Shown piece by piece: positions 11,096 through 20,477 of a stretch of 64,000 nt of DNA. A model generated the notes under the pieces. That model was not told where the DNA came from and ran no database searches. It saw only the letters and a program-made list of their open reading frames with translations. Within the stretch, counting starts at the first letter, position 1. Every line of letters starts with the position of its first letter. Where the stretch lies: NCBI GenBank assembly GCA_036258175.1, contig DATAEE010000391.1:2833-66832 (forward strand), read 5' to 3'. A program made the translations under genes and the position numbers. Source of the DNA: Vicinamibacterales bacterium. GTDB taxonomy: Bacteria > Acidobacteriota > Vicinamibacteria > Vicinamibacterales > 2-12-FULL-66-21.

Positions 11096-11614
11096 CCGGA
11101 CCAGCGCCTTCTCGTACCGCCACACTTCCAACGGGAACGTACCGGCCGTCGTGTCCAACAGGCTGACAACTGTTCCCGCGAGGTGCCATCCGCGTTTTTC
11201 GTAGAATCGTGCGGCCCGGTTGTTGCCGATCGCGCACGCGAGCCAGGCGGTGTCGGCTCCGCTCCGCGCCAGCCGCGCCTCCGCGTCGTCAATCAATGCG
11301 GCGGCGACCCCTGATCCGCGTGCCGGCGCCGAGACGAAGAGCTGATAGAGCTCGTCACCCTTGATAGTGCAGAACCCGACCGGGGCGCCAACGGGCCCAA
11401 CGACTCGGACGTTCGGAAGATCGGCCCGGAGCCGTTGCCTGAAGCTCTCGAGAGTGCGGGCTCGCGTGAGCTCCTCGGGGACGATGCGCGCGTGGGCATC
11501 CTGCCAGGCTTCGTACCAGAGCTTCGCGAGAGCGTCGACCTCTGATTCTTCGGTGGCTCGTACTTCCATTGAAACGTCGACTCCAGCGTTGTGACCCGCG
11601 GCTGCGTATCGCAT
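11093..11614 (-). CDS. GNAT family N-acetyltransferase
   Basis: LFVSAPARGSGVAAALIDDAEARLARSG and NNRAARFYEKRGW form the acetyl-CoA binding motif A region. An alternative start is ATG 11569. Confidence 0.8.
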   Translation of the reverse strand: MRYAAAGHNAGVDVSMEVRATEESEVDALAKLWYEAWQDAHARIVPEELTRARTLESFRQRLRADLPNVRVVGPVGAPVGFCTIKGDELYQLFVSAPARGSGVAAALIDDAEARLARSGADTAWLACAIGNNRAARFYEKRGWHLAGTVVSLLDTTAGTFPLEVWRYEKALVR

Positions 11615-11619
11615 CCGCG

Positions 11620-12861
11620 TCAGATCAGCGCCCGTCGGCGCTCGAGTAAATCGCGCTCGCGCGCGTTCGCAGCCCGGGCGATGGCCTCGGCGTACGCCTG
11701 CGCCGCCTCATCCCTCCGGTCCAGCCGGCGGAGGAGGTCGGCGCGAATCGCATGGAATAAATGATAGCGATTGAGATCGGTGTCGAGTCCATTCACCAGC
11801 GCAAGCGCCGCCGCGGGTCCTTCCACCTCGGCCACCGCGACGGCGCGGTTGAGCGCCACGACCGGGCTTGGCGCTATCGAGAGGAGCTGATCATACAGAT
11901 GAACGATCTGTTTCCAGTCCGTGTCGGATGCGACGCGCGCATCGCTGTGAACCGCATTAATCGCGGCCTGGATCTGGTACGGACCCGGTCGATTCCGCGC
12001 GAGACACCGCCGAACGATCGCCTGGCCTTCGGCGATGAGGTCGCGATTCCAGAGCCCGCGGTTCTGGTCAACGAGGAGGACGACGTCGCCGTCGGCGGTC
12101 GTGCGGGCTCCGCGCCGCGCTTCGATGAGCAGCATGAGCGCCCGCAGCCCCATGACCTCCGGTTCGTCCGGCAGCAGGCCGGCCAGGAGCCGTCCGAGAC
12201 GGATCGCCTCCGCACAGAGATCCTCGCGCACGAGGCGGTCCCCGGAGCTCGCCGTGTAGCCTTCGTTGAAGATCAGATAGACGACCGCGAGAACGGCGCG
12301 AACGCGAGCCGGCAGATCGGCTTCACCCGGGACCCGATAGGGGATTCGCGCGTCGCGAATCTTCCCCTTCGCCCGAACCAGCCGCTGCGCCATCGTCGGC
12401 TCCGGAACGAGGAACGCGCGCGCGATCTCCGCCGTCGTGAGGCCGCCGATGAGCCGCAGCGTCAGCGCGACCTGAGCCTCGGTGGCGAGGGTGGGATGAC
12501 AGCACGTGAAGATCAGACGCAGTCGATCGTCCTGCACGTCTCCCTCTTCCTCGCCATCTGAAAGGTTGCCTCTCGCCAGAAGCTGCGCGGCCTGTGCGTG
12601 CCGATCCTCGCGAGAGGCCTCGCGCCTTAGTCGGTCGATCGCACGGTTGCGCGCTGTGGTGATGATCCAGGCCGCCGGATTGGGCGGTACTCCGTCGGAC
12701 GGCCATCGCTGCAGCGCCACGGTGAACGCATCCTGAACGGCTTCTTCCGCAAGATCGATATCGCGGAAGTACCGGACGAGGACCGCGACCGCGCGGCCGT
12801 ACTGCTCGCGGAACACACGTTCGATCTGTGGTACGGCGAGGATTTGCTCGGCAGCGATCAG
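11620..12861 (-). CDS. ECF-type RNA polymerase sigma-70 factor with a long C-terminal extension
   Basis: Region 2 is [18 protein letters not shown] and [20 protein letters not shown]. Region 4 is [29 protein letters not shown]. About 200 further residues follow. The start is uncertain: GTG 12816, or a non-canonical codon abutting the YCII stop. Confidence 0.8.
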   Translation of the reverse strand: MIAAEQILAVPQIERVFREQYGRAVAVLVRYFRDIDLAEEAVQDAFTVALQRWPSDGVPPNPAAWIITTARNRAIDRLRREASREDRHAQAAQLLARGNLSDGEEEGDVQDDRLRLIFTCCHPTLATEAQVALTLRLIGGLTTAEIARAFLVPEPTMAQRLVRAKGKIRDARIPYRVPGEADLPARVRAVLAVVYLIFNEGYTASSGDRLVREDLCAEAIRLGRLLAGLLPDEPEVMGLRALMLLIEARRGARTTADGDVVLLVDQNRGLWNRDLIAEGQAIVRRCLARNRPGPYQIQAAINAVHSDARVASDTDWKQIVHLYDQLLSIAPSPVVALNRAVAVAEVEGPAAALALVNGLDTDLNRYHLFHAIRADLLRRLDRRDEAAQAYAEAIARAANARERDLLERRRALI

Positions 12862-13214
12862 CCCTTCGCCTCTTCCCTGAATGGTCGGACCTCGATCGCA
12901 AGCGGCGACAGCACGCGCGCGAGCTTGCGGCCCCACTCGAGCGCGACGTCGAGATCCGGGGCCTTGACGACCATGAACCCGCCGATGTGCTCTTTGCCCT
13001 CGGCGTAGGGGCCGTCGGTCATGAGCACCTCATCCCGCTGGAACCGCAGGACGGTGGCCGTCGTCGGCGGGTGCAGGCCGCCGTTGAAGACCCAGACGCC
13101 CGCGGACTTGGCCTCATCGAGGAGCGCGTAGACGTCCCGCATGACCTTCGCCAGGAACTCGGGCGGAGGCGTTTCGCCGTCGGGCTGATAAATACTGAGC
13201 AGATACTGCGTCAT
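12858..13214 (-). CDS. YCII-related (DGPF) domain protein
   Basis: ATG 13214 is preceded by [16 protein letters not shown] through [28 protein letters not shown] is the typical YCII signature. The longer 185-aa track ORF is an upstream over-extension. Confidence 0.8.
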   Translation of the reverse strand: MTQYLLSIYQPDGETPPPEFLAKVMRDVYALLDEAKSAGVWVFNGGLHPPTTATVLRFQRDEVLMTDGPYAEGKEHIGGFMVVKAPDLDVALEWGRKLARVLSPLAIEVRPFREEAKG

Positions 13215-13269
13215 CGTTGTTCTCCCACCTACTATACGAACGGCAGTCGGCGGGATCGACAGGCTGCGG

Positions 13270-14397
13270 TCAGCGGGTAACGCCGAACGTGAACACGGTC
13301 CGCGACCGATACTCCACGCCTGGCCGCAGAATAGTTGAGGGGAAGTTCGGTCGGTTGGGTGAATCGGGGAAGTGCTGGGTCTCGAGGCAGAGCCCCCAGC
13401 GCTGCGCGTAGACACGACCCTTCTTGCCTTTGAGAGTTCCGTCGAGGAAGTTCCCGGAATAAAACTGCACTCCCGGCTCGGTCGTCGCGATGTCGAGGGT
13501 CCGGCCCGAGACTGGATCGACGAGCCGCGCGGCTTGGGACAGCTCGGAGGCCGTCTTCGGCGTCAGCAGGGCGAAGTTGTGGTCGTAGCCGCGGCCGCGC
13601 AGGAGCTGGACGTGCTTGTCTTCGATCCGTGCGCCGATCGCCATCGGCTTCCTGAAATCGAGCGGCGTCCCGGCCACCGGTGCGAGCTCGCCTGTCGGGA
13701 TGAGCGTCTCGTCGACGGGCGTGAACCGGTCGGCGTTGATCGTCAGCTGATGGTCGAGGATGTTCCGATCGCCGCCCGAGAGATTGAAGTAACTATGCTG
13801 GCTCAGGTTCACGTGCGTCGGCTTGTCGGACGTCGCGTGATAATCCACGATCAGCTCGTTGCGGTCATTTAGCGTGTAGGTGACTCTCGCTTTCAGCGTG
13901 CCCGGATAGCCTTCCTCGCCGTCCCGGCTCGTATAGGTAAAGGCGACGCCTGGCCCGTCGGGTCCCGTGACCGGCTCACCGCTCCAGGCCACCTTGTCGA
14001 AACCCTTGACGCCGCCGTGCAGGTGGTTGGGCGCGTTGTTCGTCGCGAGTGTGTATTCCTGCCCGTCGAGCGTGAACCGCCCTTTGGCAATCCGGTTCGC
14101 GTAGCGCCCGACCACTCCGCCGAGGTACGGCGTGTTCTTCGAGACGTAGTCGGCAAGCGTGTCGTAGCCGAGCACGATGTCGGCCGATCGGCCGCTGCGA
14201 TCCGGTGCGGTGAGCGAGACGATGATCGCGCCGAACTCGATCGCGCGGACTTCCATGCCGCGCGCGTTGGCGATGGTGAAGACTTCGATCGACGTGCCGT
14301 CGGGCATCGTTCCGAACGCCGCGCGCGTGACTCCGGTTCCCGCGGGGAGCAGCGCGACAGGCAGGGTCAGGAGTATCGAGACGACAAGGGCGCGCAT
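13270..14397 (-). CDS. galM: Aldose 1-epimerase (galactose mutarotase family), secreted
   Basis: Start ATG 14397 gives MRALVVSILLTLPVALLPAG. Motifs are GRYANRIAKGRFTLDGQEYTL, NHLHGG, NLSQHSYFNL and the terminal FTFGV. Confidence 0.85.
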   Translation of the reverse strand: MRALVVSILLTLPVALLPAGTGVTRAAFGTMPDGTSIEVFTIANARGMEVRAIEFGAIIVSLTAPDRSGRSADIVLGYDTLADYVSKNTPYLGGVVGRYANRIAKGRFTLDGQEYTLATNNAPNHLHGGVKGFDKVAWSGEPVTGPDGPGVAFTYTSRDGEEGYPGTLKARVTYTLNDRNELIVDYHATSDKPTHVNLSQHSYFNLSGGDRNILDHQLTINADRFTPVDETLIPTGELAPVAGTPLDFRKPMAIGARIEDKHVQLLRGRGYDHNFALLTPKTASELSQAARLVDPVSGRTLDIATTEPGVQFYSGNFLDGTLKGKKGRVYAQRWGLCLETQHFPDSPNRPNFPSTILRPGVEYRSRTVFTFGVTR

Positions 14398-14491
14398 GCA
14401 GTCTAACCGGACGGGCAATCGTAATATCATAGCCGGCCGATGTCTACGAGTCGGCTGAACGGACGCATGCAGAGGCAGGAAGAGGTAGGTC

Positions 14492-15409
14492 ATGAAGAAC
14501 GCACGTGACATTCTCGCTGGGCTCGGCCTCCCGCCGCGCGACGCGCACGAGCTGCCGGTGTCCCGCAAGCGGTTCGCCGACGGCGGACAGTACCGCATCG
14601 AGATCCCGTCGTGCGAAGGGCCGCGCGTCATGCAGATCGTGGTGACTGAAGCGGATGCGCAGGGTGTCCCGGTGCATCGCGTGAGTCAGGGAAGCGGCAT
14701 CATGCTGCAGACCGACGACGAGATCCGCGCGATGGTCGCGCTCGGCCGCGAGCGCGGCATCGAGGTCTGCCTATTCGTCGGCCCGCGCGCGAACTGGGAC
14801 ATCGGCGTTCAGGCCGCCAGCACGAACGGACGTGTGATCGGCTCGGCGCTGCGCGGCGCCGACCAGCTCGCGTACGGCCTCGACGACGTGCTGCACGCGG
14901 CGGAGCTCGGCATCCGATCGGCCCTCGTCGCCGACGTCGGCCAGCTGATGGTGCTCGGTCGAATGAAGCAGTCAGGCGTGCTGCCCGACGACTTCGCACT
15001 GAAAGTGTCGGTGACCGTCGCGGCGCCGAACCCCGCGACGGCGCGGGTACTCGAGGATCTCGGCGCAACCTCGATTAATCTGCCCGGCGATCTGTCGCTT
15101 GCGCAGATTGCCGCGATTCGCCAGGCCGTGGATGCCGCCATCGATCTCTACATTGAGAGCCCGGACGATTTCGGCGGCGCGGTCCGCCACTACGAAATCG
15201 CCGAACTGGTTCGCGTCGCGGCTCCGATCTACCTGAAGTTCGGGCTGCGGAACGCGCCCGGCCTGTATCCCTGCGGGCAGCACCTGGAGCCGACCGCGAT
15301 CGCGATGGCACGCGAGCGGGTCCGCCGCGCCTCAATCGCGCTCGCGCTTCTGCGGCGCTACGCGCCGGACGCCGTGCCATCGCCCATCGGCGTGCTCGAG
15401 CGGCGATGA
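14492..15409 (+). CDS. Conserved hypothetical protein, first gene of the sugar-acid operon (weak resemblance to peptidase-U32-type TIM barrels)
   Basis: ATG follows GAGGTAGG. Its stop overlaps the next start as ATGA at 15406. Segments IRSALVADVGQLMVLGRM and LKVSVTVAAPNPATARVLEDLGATSINLPGDLSLAQI recall U32 barrel strands, from memory only. Confidence 0.7.
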   Translation: MKNARDILAGLGLPPRDAHELPVSRKRFADGGQYRIEIPSCEGPRVMQIVVTEADAQGVPVHRVSQGSGIMLQTDDEIRAMVALGRERGIEVCLFVGPRANWDIGVQAASTNGRVIGSALRGADQLAYGLDDVLHAAELGIRSALVADVGQLMVLGRMKQSGVLPDDFALKVSVTVAAPNPATARVLEDLGATSINLPGDLSLAQIAAIRQAVDAAIDLYIESPDDFGGAVRHYEIAELVRVAAPIYLKFGLRNAPGLYPCGQHLEPTAIAMARERVRRASIALALLRRYAPDAVPSPIGVLERR

Positions 15410-16944
15410 CGACGTTCACCGCTGTCGACCCGCGGACGGGGCGCCCGGGACAGGAGCAGTTCGAAGAGGCGACGCTCGCTGACGTCCGCGCGGCGGCGGC
15501 GCGGGCCGCGCGCGCCTTCCGCGCCTGGCGCGCCGCGGCGCCCGGCGGGCGCGCACGGTTTCTCCGCAGCGCTGCCGATCGGCTCGAGGCGAGCCGTGCA
15601 ACGCTCGTTGCAACCGCGGACGGCGAGACCGGTCTTGGCGCCGCCCGACTGAACGGCGAACTGGATCGAACGACGGCGCAACTCCGGGCCTTCGCCGACA
15701 TCGTCGACGAAGGCTCGTTCGTCGAGGCGATCATCTCGCCGGCCGATCCGTCGGCCAAACCGCCGCGGCCGGACGTGCGGCGCATGCTGGTTCCCATTGG
15801 GCCGGTTGCAGTGTTCACGCCGAGCAATTTTCCGCTGGCTTTCGGCGTCGCCGGCGGCGACACCGCCTCGGCGCTCGCCGCGGGCTGTCCAGTTGTCGTG
15901 AAGGGACATCCTTCACATCCCGCGACATCGGCTGCCTGCGCAGAGGCCTTGCGTGCTGCCGGTAAAGAGACCGGGATGCCGGACGGCGTCATCGATCTGC
16001 TGCAGGCGCGCGGCCTCGACGCGGCGCGGGCGCTGGTCACCGCGCCCGAAATGCGAGCGGTCGCGTTCACCGGATCGCTGAGCGGCGGACGTGCCATTCA
16101 CGACCTTGCTGCTTCCAGGCCGGAGCCGATTCCTGTCTTCGCCGAGATGGGGAGCCTCAACCCCGTCTTTATAGCTCCCGGCGCGTTCTCCGCGAGAAGC
16201 GCCGAAATCGCCGAAGGACTGGCGAATTCGATCACGCTCGGCACCGGTCAGTTCTGCACCAAGCCGGGCGTCGTCTTCGTGCCATCGACGGATGCGAGCG
16301 GCCGCGCGTTCGCTGCCGCGATTGCCGAGCGCGTCGCCGCCCGCGCGCCGGGCCTGATGCTGAACCCGCAGCTGCACGCCGGGTTGAAAGAAAAGCTGGA
16401 GAGGACGCGGGCGCTGCCAGGAGTCGAGATCCTGGGCGGTAATGAAGTAAAAGAGTCGGGTGCTCTTGCCCGGCCTGGCGTCATCATGACCACGGACCTC
16501 GCGACGTTTACGGCGACGCCGGCGCTGCGCGAGGAATATTTCGGACCGGTGTCGGTGATCGTGCGATGTCCGTCGGCCGAATCGCTCATCGACGTCGCCG
16601 GGGATCTCGAGGGCAGCCTCACGGCGACGATTCACGCGGATGCCGCGGATTCGGACTGGGCCTCGAGGCTCTCGTCCACGCTCACCGACAAAGCCGGACG
16701 GATCGTGTGGAACGGCTATCCCACCGGCGTCGTGGTCGTGTGGGGTATGCAGCACGGCGGCCCGTATCCCGCCACGACATCCGCGGGCCACACGTCCGTT
16801 GGCGCGACCGCGATTCGCCGCTTTCTGCGTCCCGTTGCGTTTCAAAGTACGCCGGACGCGCTCCTGCCCGAGCCGCTCCGGGCCGCCAACCCACTCGGCA
16901 TTCAGCGGCTCGTGGACGGCCGCTGGACCAAGGATCCTGCCTGA
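15406..16944 (+). CDS. NADP-dependent aldehyde dehydrogenase, alpha-ketoglutaric semialdehyde (2,5-dioxovalerate) dehydrogenase-like
   Basis: GELDRTTAQLRAFAD, FTPSNFPLAF, VVVKGHPSHP and GQFCTKPGVVFVP are hallmarks of the KGSADH-type ALDH subfamily. Confidence 0.8.
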   Translation: MTTFTAVDPRTGRPGQEQFEEATLADVRAAAARAARAFRAWRAAAPGGRARFLRSAADRLEASRATLVATADGETGLGAARLNGELDRTTAQLRAFADIVDEGSFVEAIISPADPSAKPPRPDVRRMLVPIGPVAVFTPSNFPLAFGVAGGDTASALAAGCPVVVKGHPSHPATSAACAEALRAAGKETGMPDGVIDLLQARGLDAARALVTAPEMRAVAFTGSLSGGRAIHDLAASRPEPIPVFAEMGSLNPVFIAPGAFSARSAEIAEGLANSITLGTGQFCTKPGVVFVPSTDASGRAFAAAIAERVAARAPGLMLNPQLHAGLKEKLERTRALPGVEILGGNEVKESGALARPGVIMTTDLATFTATPALREEYFGPVSVIVRCPSAESLIDVAGDLEGSLTATIHADAADSDWASRLSSTLTDKAGRIVWNGYPTGVVVVWGMQHGGPYPATTSAGHTSVGATAIRRFLRPVAFQSTPDALLPEPLRAANPLGIQRLVDGRWTKDPA

Positions 16945-18110
16945 TGAAGATCGTCGACCTGCGCATCACCGTCGTCGGCGCCCCGTGGCGCGAACTGACG
17001 TTCGTCGAGCTCGTGACCGATCAAGGTCTCACGGGCGTCGGTGAAGTGCGGATGGTCAACAAGACCGAGACGCTCGTCGCGTGTGTGCAGGAACTCGCGC
17101 CGCGCTACGTCGTCGGCGCCGATCCATTCGACGTCGAGCGGCTCGCGTGGAACGTGCAGCGCGCCGAGTACGGCAGGCCTGGCGAAATAACGCAATCAGC
17201 GCTCGCGGCGTTCGACATCGCCTGCTGGGACCTGATGGGGCAGGCGCTGAACGTGCCGGTGTGGAAGCTGCTCGGCGGCAAGTTCCGCGAGCGCGTGCCC
17301 GCGTACGCGAACGGGTGGTATCAGACAGATCGCGAGCCGGCTGCGATCGCAAAGCTCGCGAGAGGCGTCGTCGCTAAAGGTTACCGCGCGCTGAAGATCG
17401 ATCCGTTTGGCGCCGCGTCGGCCGAGATCGCGCGGCCGGAGAGGCGCCGCGCGGTCGAAATCGTCGCCGCGGTGCGGGAAGCGGTCGGCCCAGACGTGCA
17501 GATCATGATCGAGATGCACGGCCGGTTCACCGCGGCGGCGGCCGCGAAGGTGGCCTCTCTTCTTGAGCCCTACGATCCCGAGTGGATCGAGGAACCGGTG
17601 CCGCCCGAGAACGCGCGCGTTCTCGCGCGCGTCCGCACCGCCACGACGACGCCGATCGCAACAGGAGAGCGGGCGCACACGGTCGAAGACATCCGTCCCT
17701 TCATCGAAGGCGGGTCGATGGATGTCGTGCAGGTGGACATGACGCATTTCGGCGGCTTCCTTCCGATGAAACGCCTGGCGGGCTGGGCCGACGCGTATTC
17801 GTTGCTGCTCGCGCCGCACAACGTCTGCGGTCCTGTGGGCACGACGGCAAACCTGCACTTCGCGGCGTCCACACCGAACTACAAGGTGCTCGAGCACTTC
17901 AACGACTTCGCGGATCCGTGGGTGCAGACGCTCGTCGATCACGCGCCGCGCGTGGACGCGGCGGACGGCTGCTTCACGGTGCCCGAACGGCCAGGCCTGG
18001 GCGTAAAGCTGAATCACGAGATCTGCGCGGCCCACCCGCCGACCGGCGGCCGGATCAAGTTGTTCGAACACGGTTGGGAATCGCGCCTGGGCGTGCGCAG
18101 CCCTTCCTGA
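16944..18110 (+). CDS. Enolase-superfamily (mandelate racemase/muconate lactonizing) sugar-acid dehydratase
   Basis: True start ATG 16944, with an ATGA overlap. MKIVDLRITVV, AAFDIACWDL, ALKIDPFG, IMIEMHG, EWIEEP and ATGER are the metal-ligand and catalytic motifs. Confidence 0.85.
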   Translation: MKIVDLRITVVGAPWRELTFVELVTDQGLTGVGEVRMVNKTETLVACVQELAPRYVVGADPFDVERLAWNVQRAEYGRPGEITQSALAAFDIACWDLMGQALNVPVWKLLGGKFRERVPAYANGWYQTDREPAAIAKLARGVVAKGYRALKIDPFGAASAEIARPERRRAVEIVAAVREAVGPDVQIMIEMHGRFTAAAAAKVASLLEPYDPEWIEEPVPPENARVLARVRTATTTPIATGERAHTVEDIRPFIEGGSMDVVQVDMTHFGGFLPMKRLAGWADAYSLLLAPHNVCGPVGTTANLHFAASTPNYKVLEHFNDFADPWVQTLVDHAPRVDAADGCFTVPERPGLGVKLNHEICAAHPPTGGRIKLFEHGWESRLGVRSPS

Positions 18111-18979
18111 TGGAGGACGTGGAGCTCGTTCACGATGCGCGCGCCGAGCTCGGCGAGGGTCCCATCTGGGACGCAGCCGCGGCGCGCCTGCTCTGGGTCG
18201 ACATTCTTCAGGGCCGCGTCCACCGGTTCGACCCCGGTTCCGGACAAGAGGAGATCCGGGAGGTAGGGCGGCCGGTCGGTGCCGTCACGCCGAGCCGCGA
18301 CGGCTCGCTCGTCATGGCGACCAGCCGTGGTTTCGAGCGGCTGGAGTGGGCGACTGGGAGCGTGTCGACGATCGCCGAGGTCGAAGCGGACGTGCCCGGG
18401 AACCGCATGAACGATGGCGCCTGCGATCCAGCCGGCCGGTTCTGGGCCGGGACGATGGCGCTCGACGAGAAGGGAGCGGCCGGCTCGTTGTATCGCCTCG
18501 ACCCGGACGGCCGGGTCTCGAAGATGGCCGGCGACATCTCGATCTCGAACGGGATCGCGTGGAGCGCCGACGCACGCGTCATGTACTACGTCGACAGCCC
18601 CACGCACCGCATCGACGTGTTCGACTACGATCGTGCGACCGGAGCCATCGCGAACAGGCGCGCGCTCGCCCGCATCGCGCCCGAGCACGGTTTCCCGGAT
18701 GGTCTGGTCCTCGACGCGGATGGATTCGTCTGGCTGGCGTTGTGGGGTGGGTCGGCGCTGCACCGGTATGCGCCGGATGGGAAGCTCGATAGAGTCGTCG
18801 CGGTCCCGGCGGCGTATCCGACGAAATGCGCGTTTGGCGGCGCAGCGCTCGACGAGCTCTACATTACGAGCGCGACGATCGCGCTGAAGCGTGCGAAGAA
18901 ATCTCCGGGACCGCACGATGGCGGCCTCATGCGGATTCGTCCCGGCGTGCGCGGACAGGCGCCCAACATCTATGGATAG
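18110..18979 (+). CDS. SMP-30/gluconolactonase/LRE-family sugar lactonase
   Basis: ATG 18110 with an ATGA overlap. LGEGPIWD, NDGACDPAGRFWAGTM, SNGIAWS and PDGLVLDADGFVWLALWGG. Confidence 0.85.
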   Translation: MEDVELVHDARAELGEGPIWDAAAARLLWVDILQGRVHRFDPGSGQEEIREVGRPVGAVTPSRDGSLVMATSRGFERLEWATGSVSTIAEVEADVPGNRMNDGACDPAGRFWAGTMALDEKGAAGSLYRLDPDGRVSKMAGDISISNGIAWSADARVMYYVDSPTHRIDVFDYDRATGAIANRRALARIAPEHGFPDGLVLDADGFVWLALWGGSALHRYAPDGKLDRVVAVPAAYPTKCAFGGAALDELYITSATIALKRAKKSPGPHDGGLMRIRPGVRGQAPNIYG

Positions 18980-20477
18980 CGTCCCGGCCGTTTCGTTCCG
19001 TGGCGTGCGCAAGTCGTTCGGCGCGGTTCACGCGCTCCGCGGCGTCAGCTTCAACGTCGCCGCGGGCGAGGCGCACGCGCTCGTCGGCGAGAACGGCGCC
19101 GGAAAATCGACGCTGCTCAAGATTCTCTCAGGCTCGCTCCGGCCGGACAGCGGCGAGCTGTGTCTCGACGGCCGTCCCATCGCGCTCGCGCGGCCGCGCG
19201 ACGCGCTCGCGCACGGGATCGGGATCGTGCACCAGGAGATGCTCGCGTTTCCCGATCTGACCGTCACGGCGAACATTTTTGCGGGCAGGGAGCTGACCCG
19301 GGGCGGCCTGCTCCGCGAGCGGGAGATGCGCGACCGGACGCGATCGCTGCTGGAGCGATTGCACATTCCGGTTTCGCCCGACGACCTCGCGGGTTCCTTG
19401 TCGGCCGCCTATCGTCAGCTCGTGCAGGTCGCGCGGGCACTGGCGTTCGAGTGCCGGATCCTCGCGCTCGATGAGCCAACGACCTCGCTGACCGATGCGG
19501 AGGTCGATCATCTGTTTCGCGTGCTGGCCGATCTGAAGAGCCGGGGCACGACACTCATCTACGTGTCACACCGGCTGCCTGAGGTGTTCGCGTTGTGCGA
19601 TCGGATCACCGTTCTGCGGGACGGTTCGCACGCTGGCACCTTCGAACGCGCGGCGACGCGCGCCGATGCGATCGTTCGCGCGATGGTCGGTCGCGATCTT
19701 CCGCCGCGCGTTGCGGCTGGATCCGGACCGCGTCCTTCGGATCAGCCGCGCCTGACTGTCGACCGTCTCACACGACGCCCCTGCTTCGAGGATGTGTCGC
19801 TGACGATCCGACCAGGAGAGATCGTGTGCCTGTTCGGCCTCGTGGGTTCCGGGCGCTCCGAGTTGCTGGAGACGCTCTTCGCGCTGCATGCTCGTGACGC
19901 CGGTGCGGTGCTGATCGACGGGGTCGAATGCCGCTTCGCGACGCCGCGGGACGCCGCGCGTGCCGGTCTCGCGCTGGTGCCGGAGGATCGCCAGCAGCAG
20001 GGACTGTTCTTCAACCTCGATCTGCGCCACAACCTGGTCCTGCCGCGCGAAACCGCCCGGTCGAGCCTCGTGGTCCGGCCGCGCGCTGAGCGGACCGCCG
20101 CACAGGAGATGATCCGCGCCTGGAGCATCAAGACGCCCGGGCCCGACACGTTTCCAGACAGTCTGAGCGGCGGCAACCAGCAGAAGGTCGTCGCGGCTCG
20201 GTGGTTGGCGATGCAGCCACGGATACTGCTGATGGACGAACCAACCAAGGGCGTGGACGTGGGCGCGAAGTTCGAGATCCACGAGATCATCCGCCGCCAG
20301 GCGCGCGAAGGCATGGCCTGCCTCATCGCGTCCAGCGATCTGCCGGAGGTGCTCGAGCTCGCACATCGCGTGGTCGTCATGCGCGAGGGGCGGATTCAAG
20401 GCGAGATCGCCGGCGAGCGGGCCGATGAAGAGTCGGTGATGCGGCTCGCGACAGCCGAACCGGGAGCCGCGGCGTGA
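18972..20477 (+). CDS. Sugar ABC transporter ATP-binding protein (two fused NBDs)
   Basis: Walker A GENGAGKST. Signature LSAAYRQLV and LSGGNQQKV. Walker B ILALDEPT and LLMDEPT. It overlaps the lactonase by 8 nt. Confidence 0.9.
   Translation: MDSVPAVSFRGVRKSFGAVHALRGVSFNVAAGEAHALVGENGAGKSTLLKILSGSLRPDSGELCLDGRPIALARPRDALAHGIGIVHQEMLAFPDLTVTANIFAGRELTRGGLLREREMRDRTRSLLERLHIPVSPDDLAGSLSAAYRQLVQVARALAFECRILALDEPTTSLTDAEVDHLFRVLADLKSRGTTLIYVSHRLPEVFALCDRITVLRDGSHAGTFERAATRADAIVRAMVGRDLPPRVAAGSGPRPSDQPRLTVDRLTRRPCFEDVSLTIRPGEIVCLFGLVGSGRSELLETLFALHARDAGAVLIDGVECRFATPRDAARAGLALVPEDRQQQGLFFNLDLRHNLVLPRETARSSLVVRPRAERTAAQEMIRAWSIKTPGPDTFPDSLSGGNQQKVVAARWLAMQPRILLMDEPTKGVDVGAKFEIHEIIRRQAREGMACLIASSDLPEVLELAHRVVVMREGRIQGEIAGERADEESVMRLATAEPGAAA

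Noticed and set aside
16566-18979. The long upstream extensions of track ORFs 16566..18110 and 17582..18979.
   Set aside because: The homology-bearing parts start at ATG 16944 and ATG 18110, each in an ATGA overlap with the preceding stop. The extensions are out-of-context Arg-rich sequence overlapping the upstream genes.
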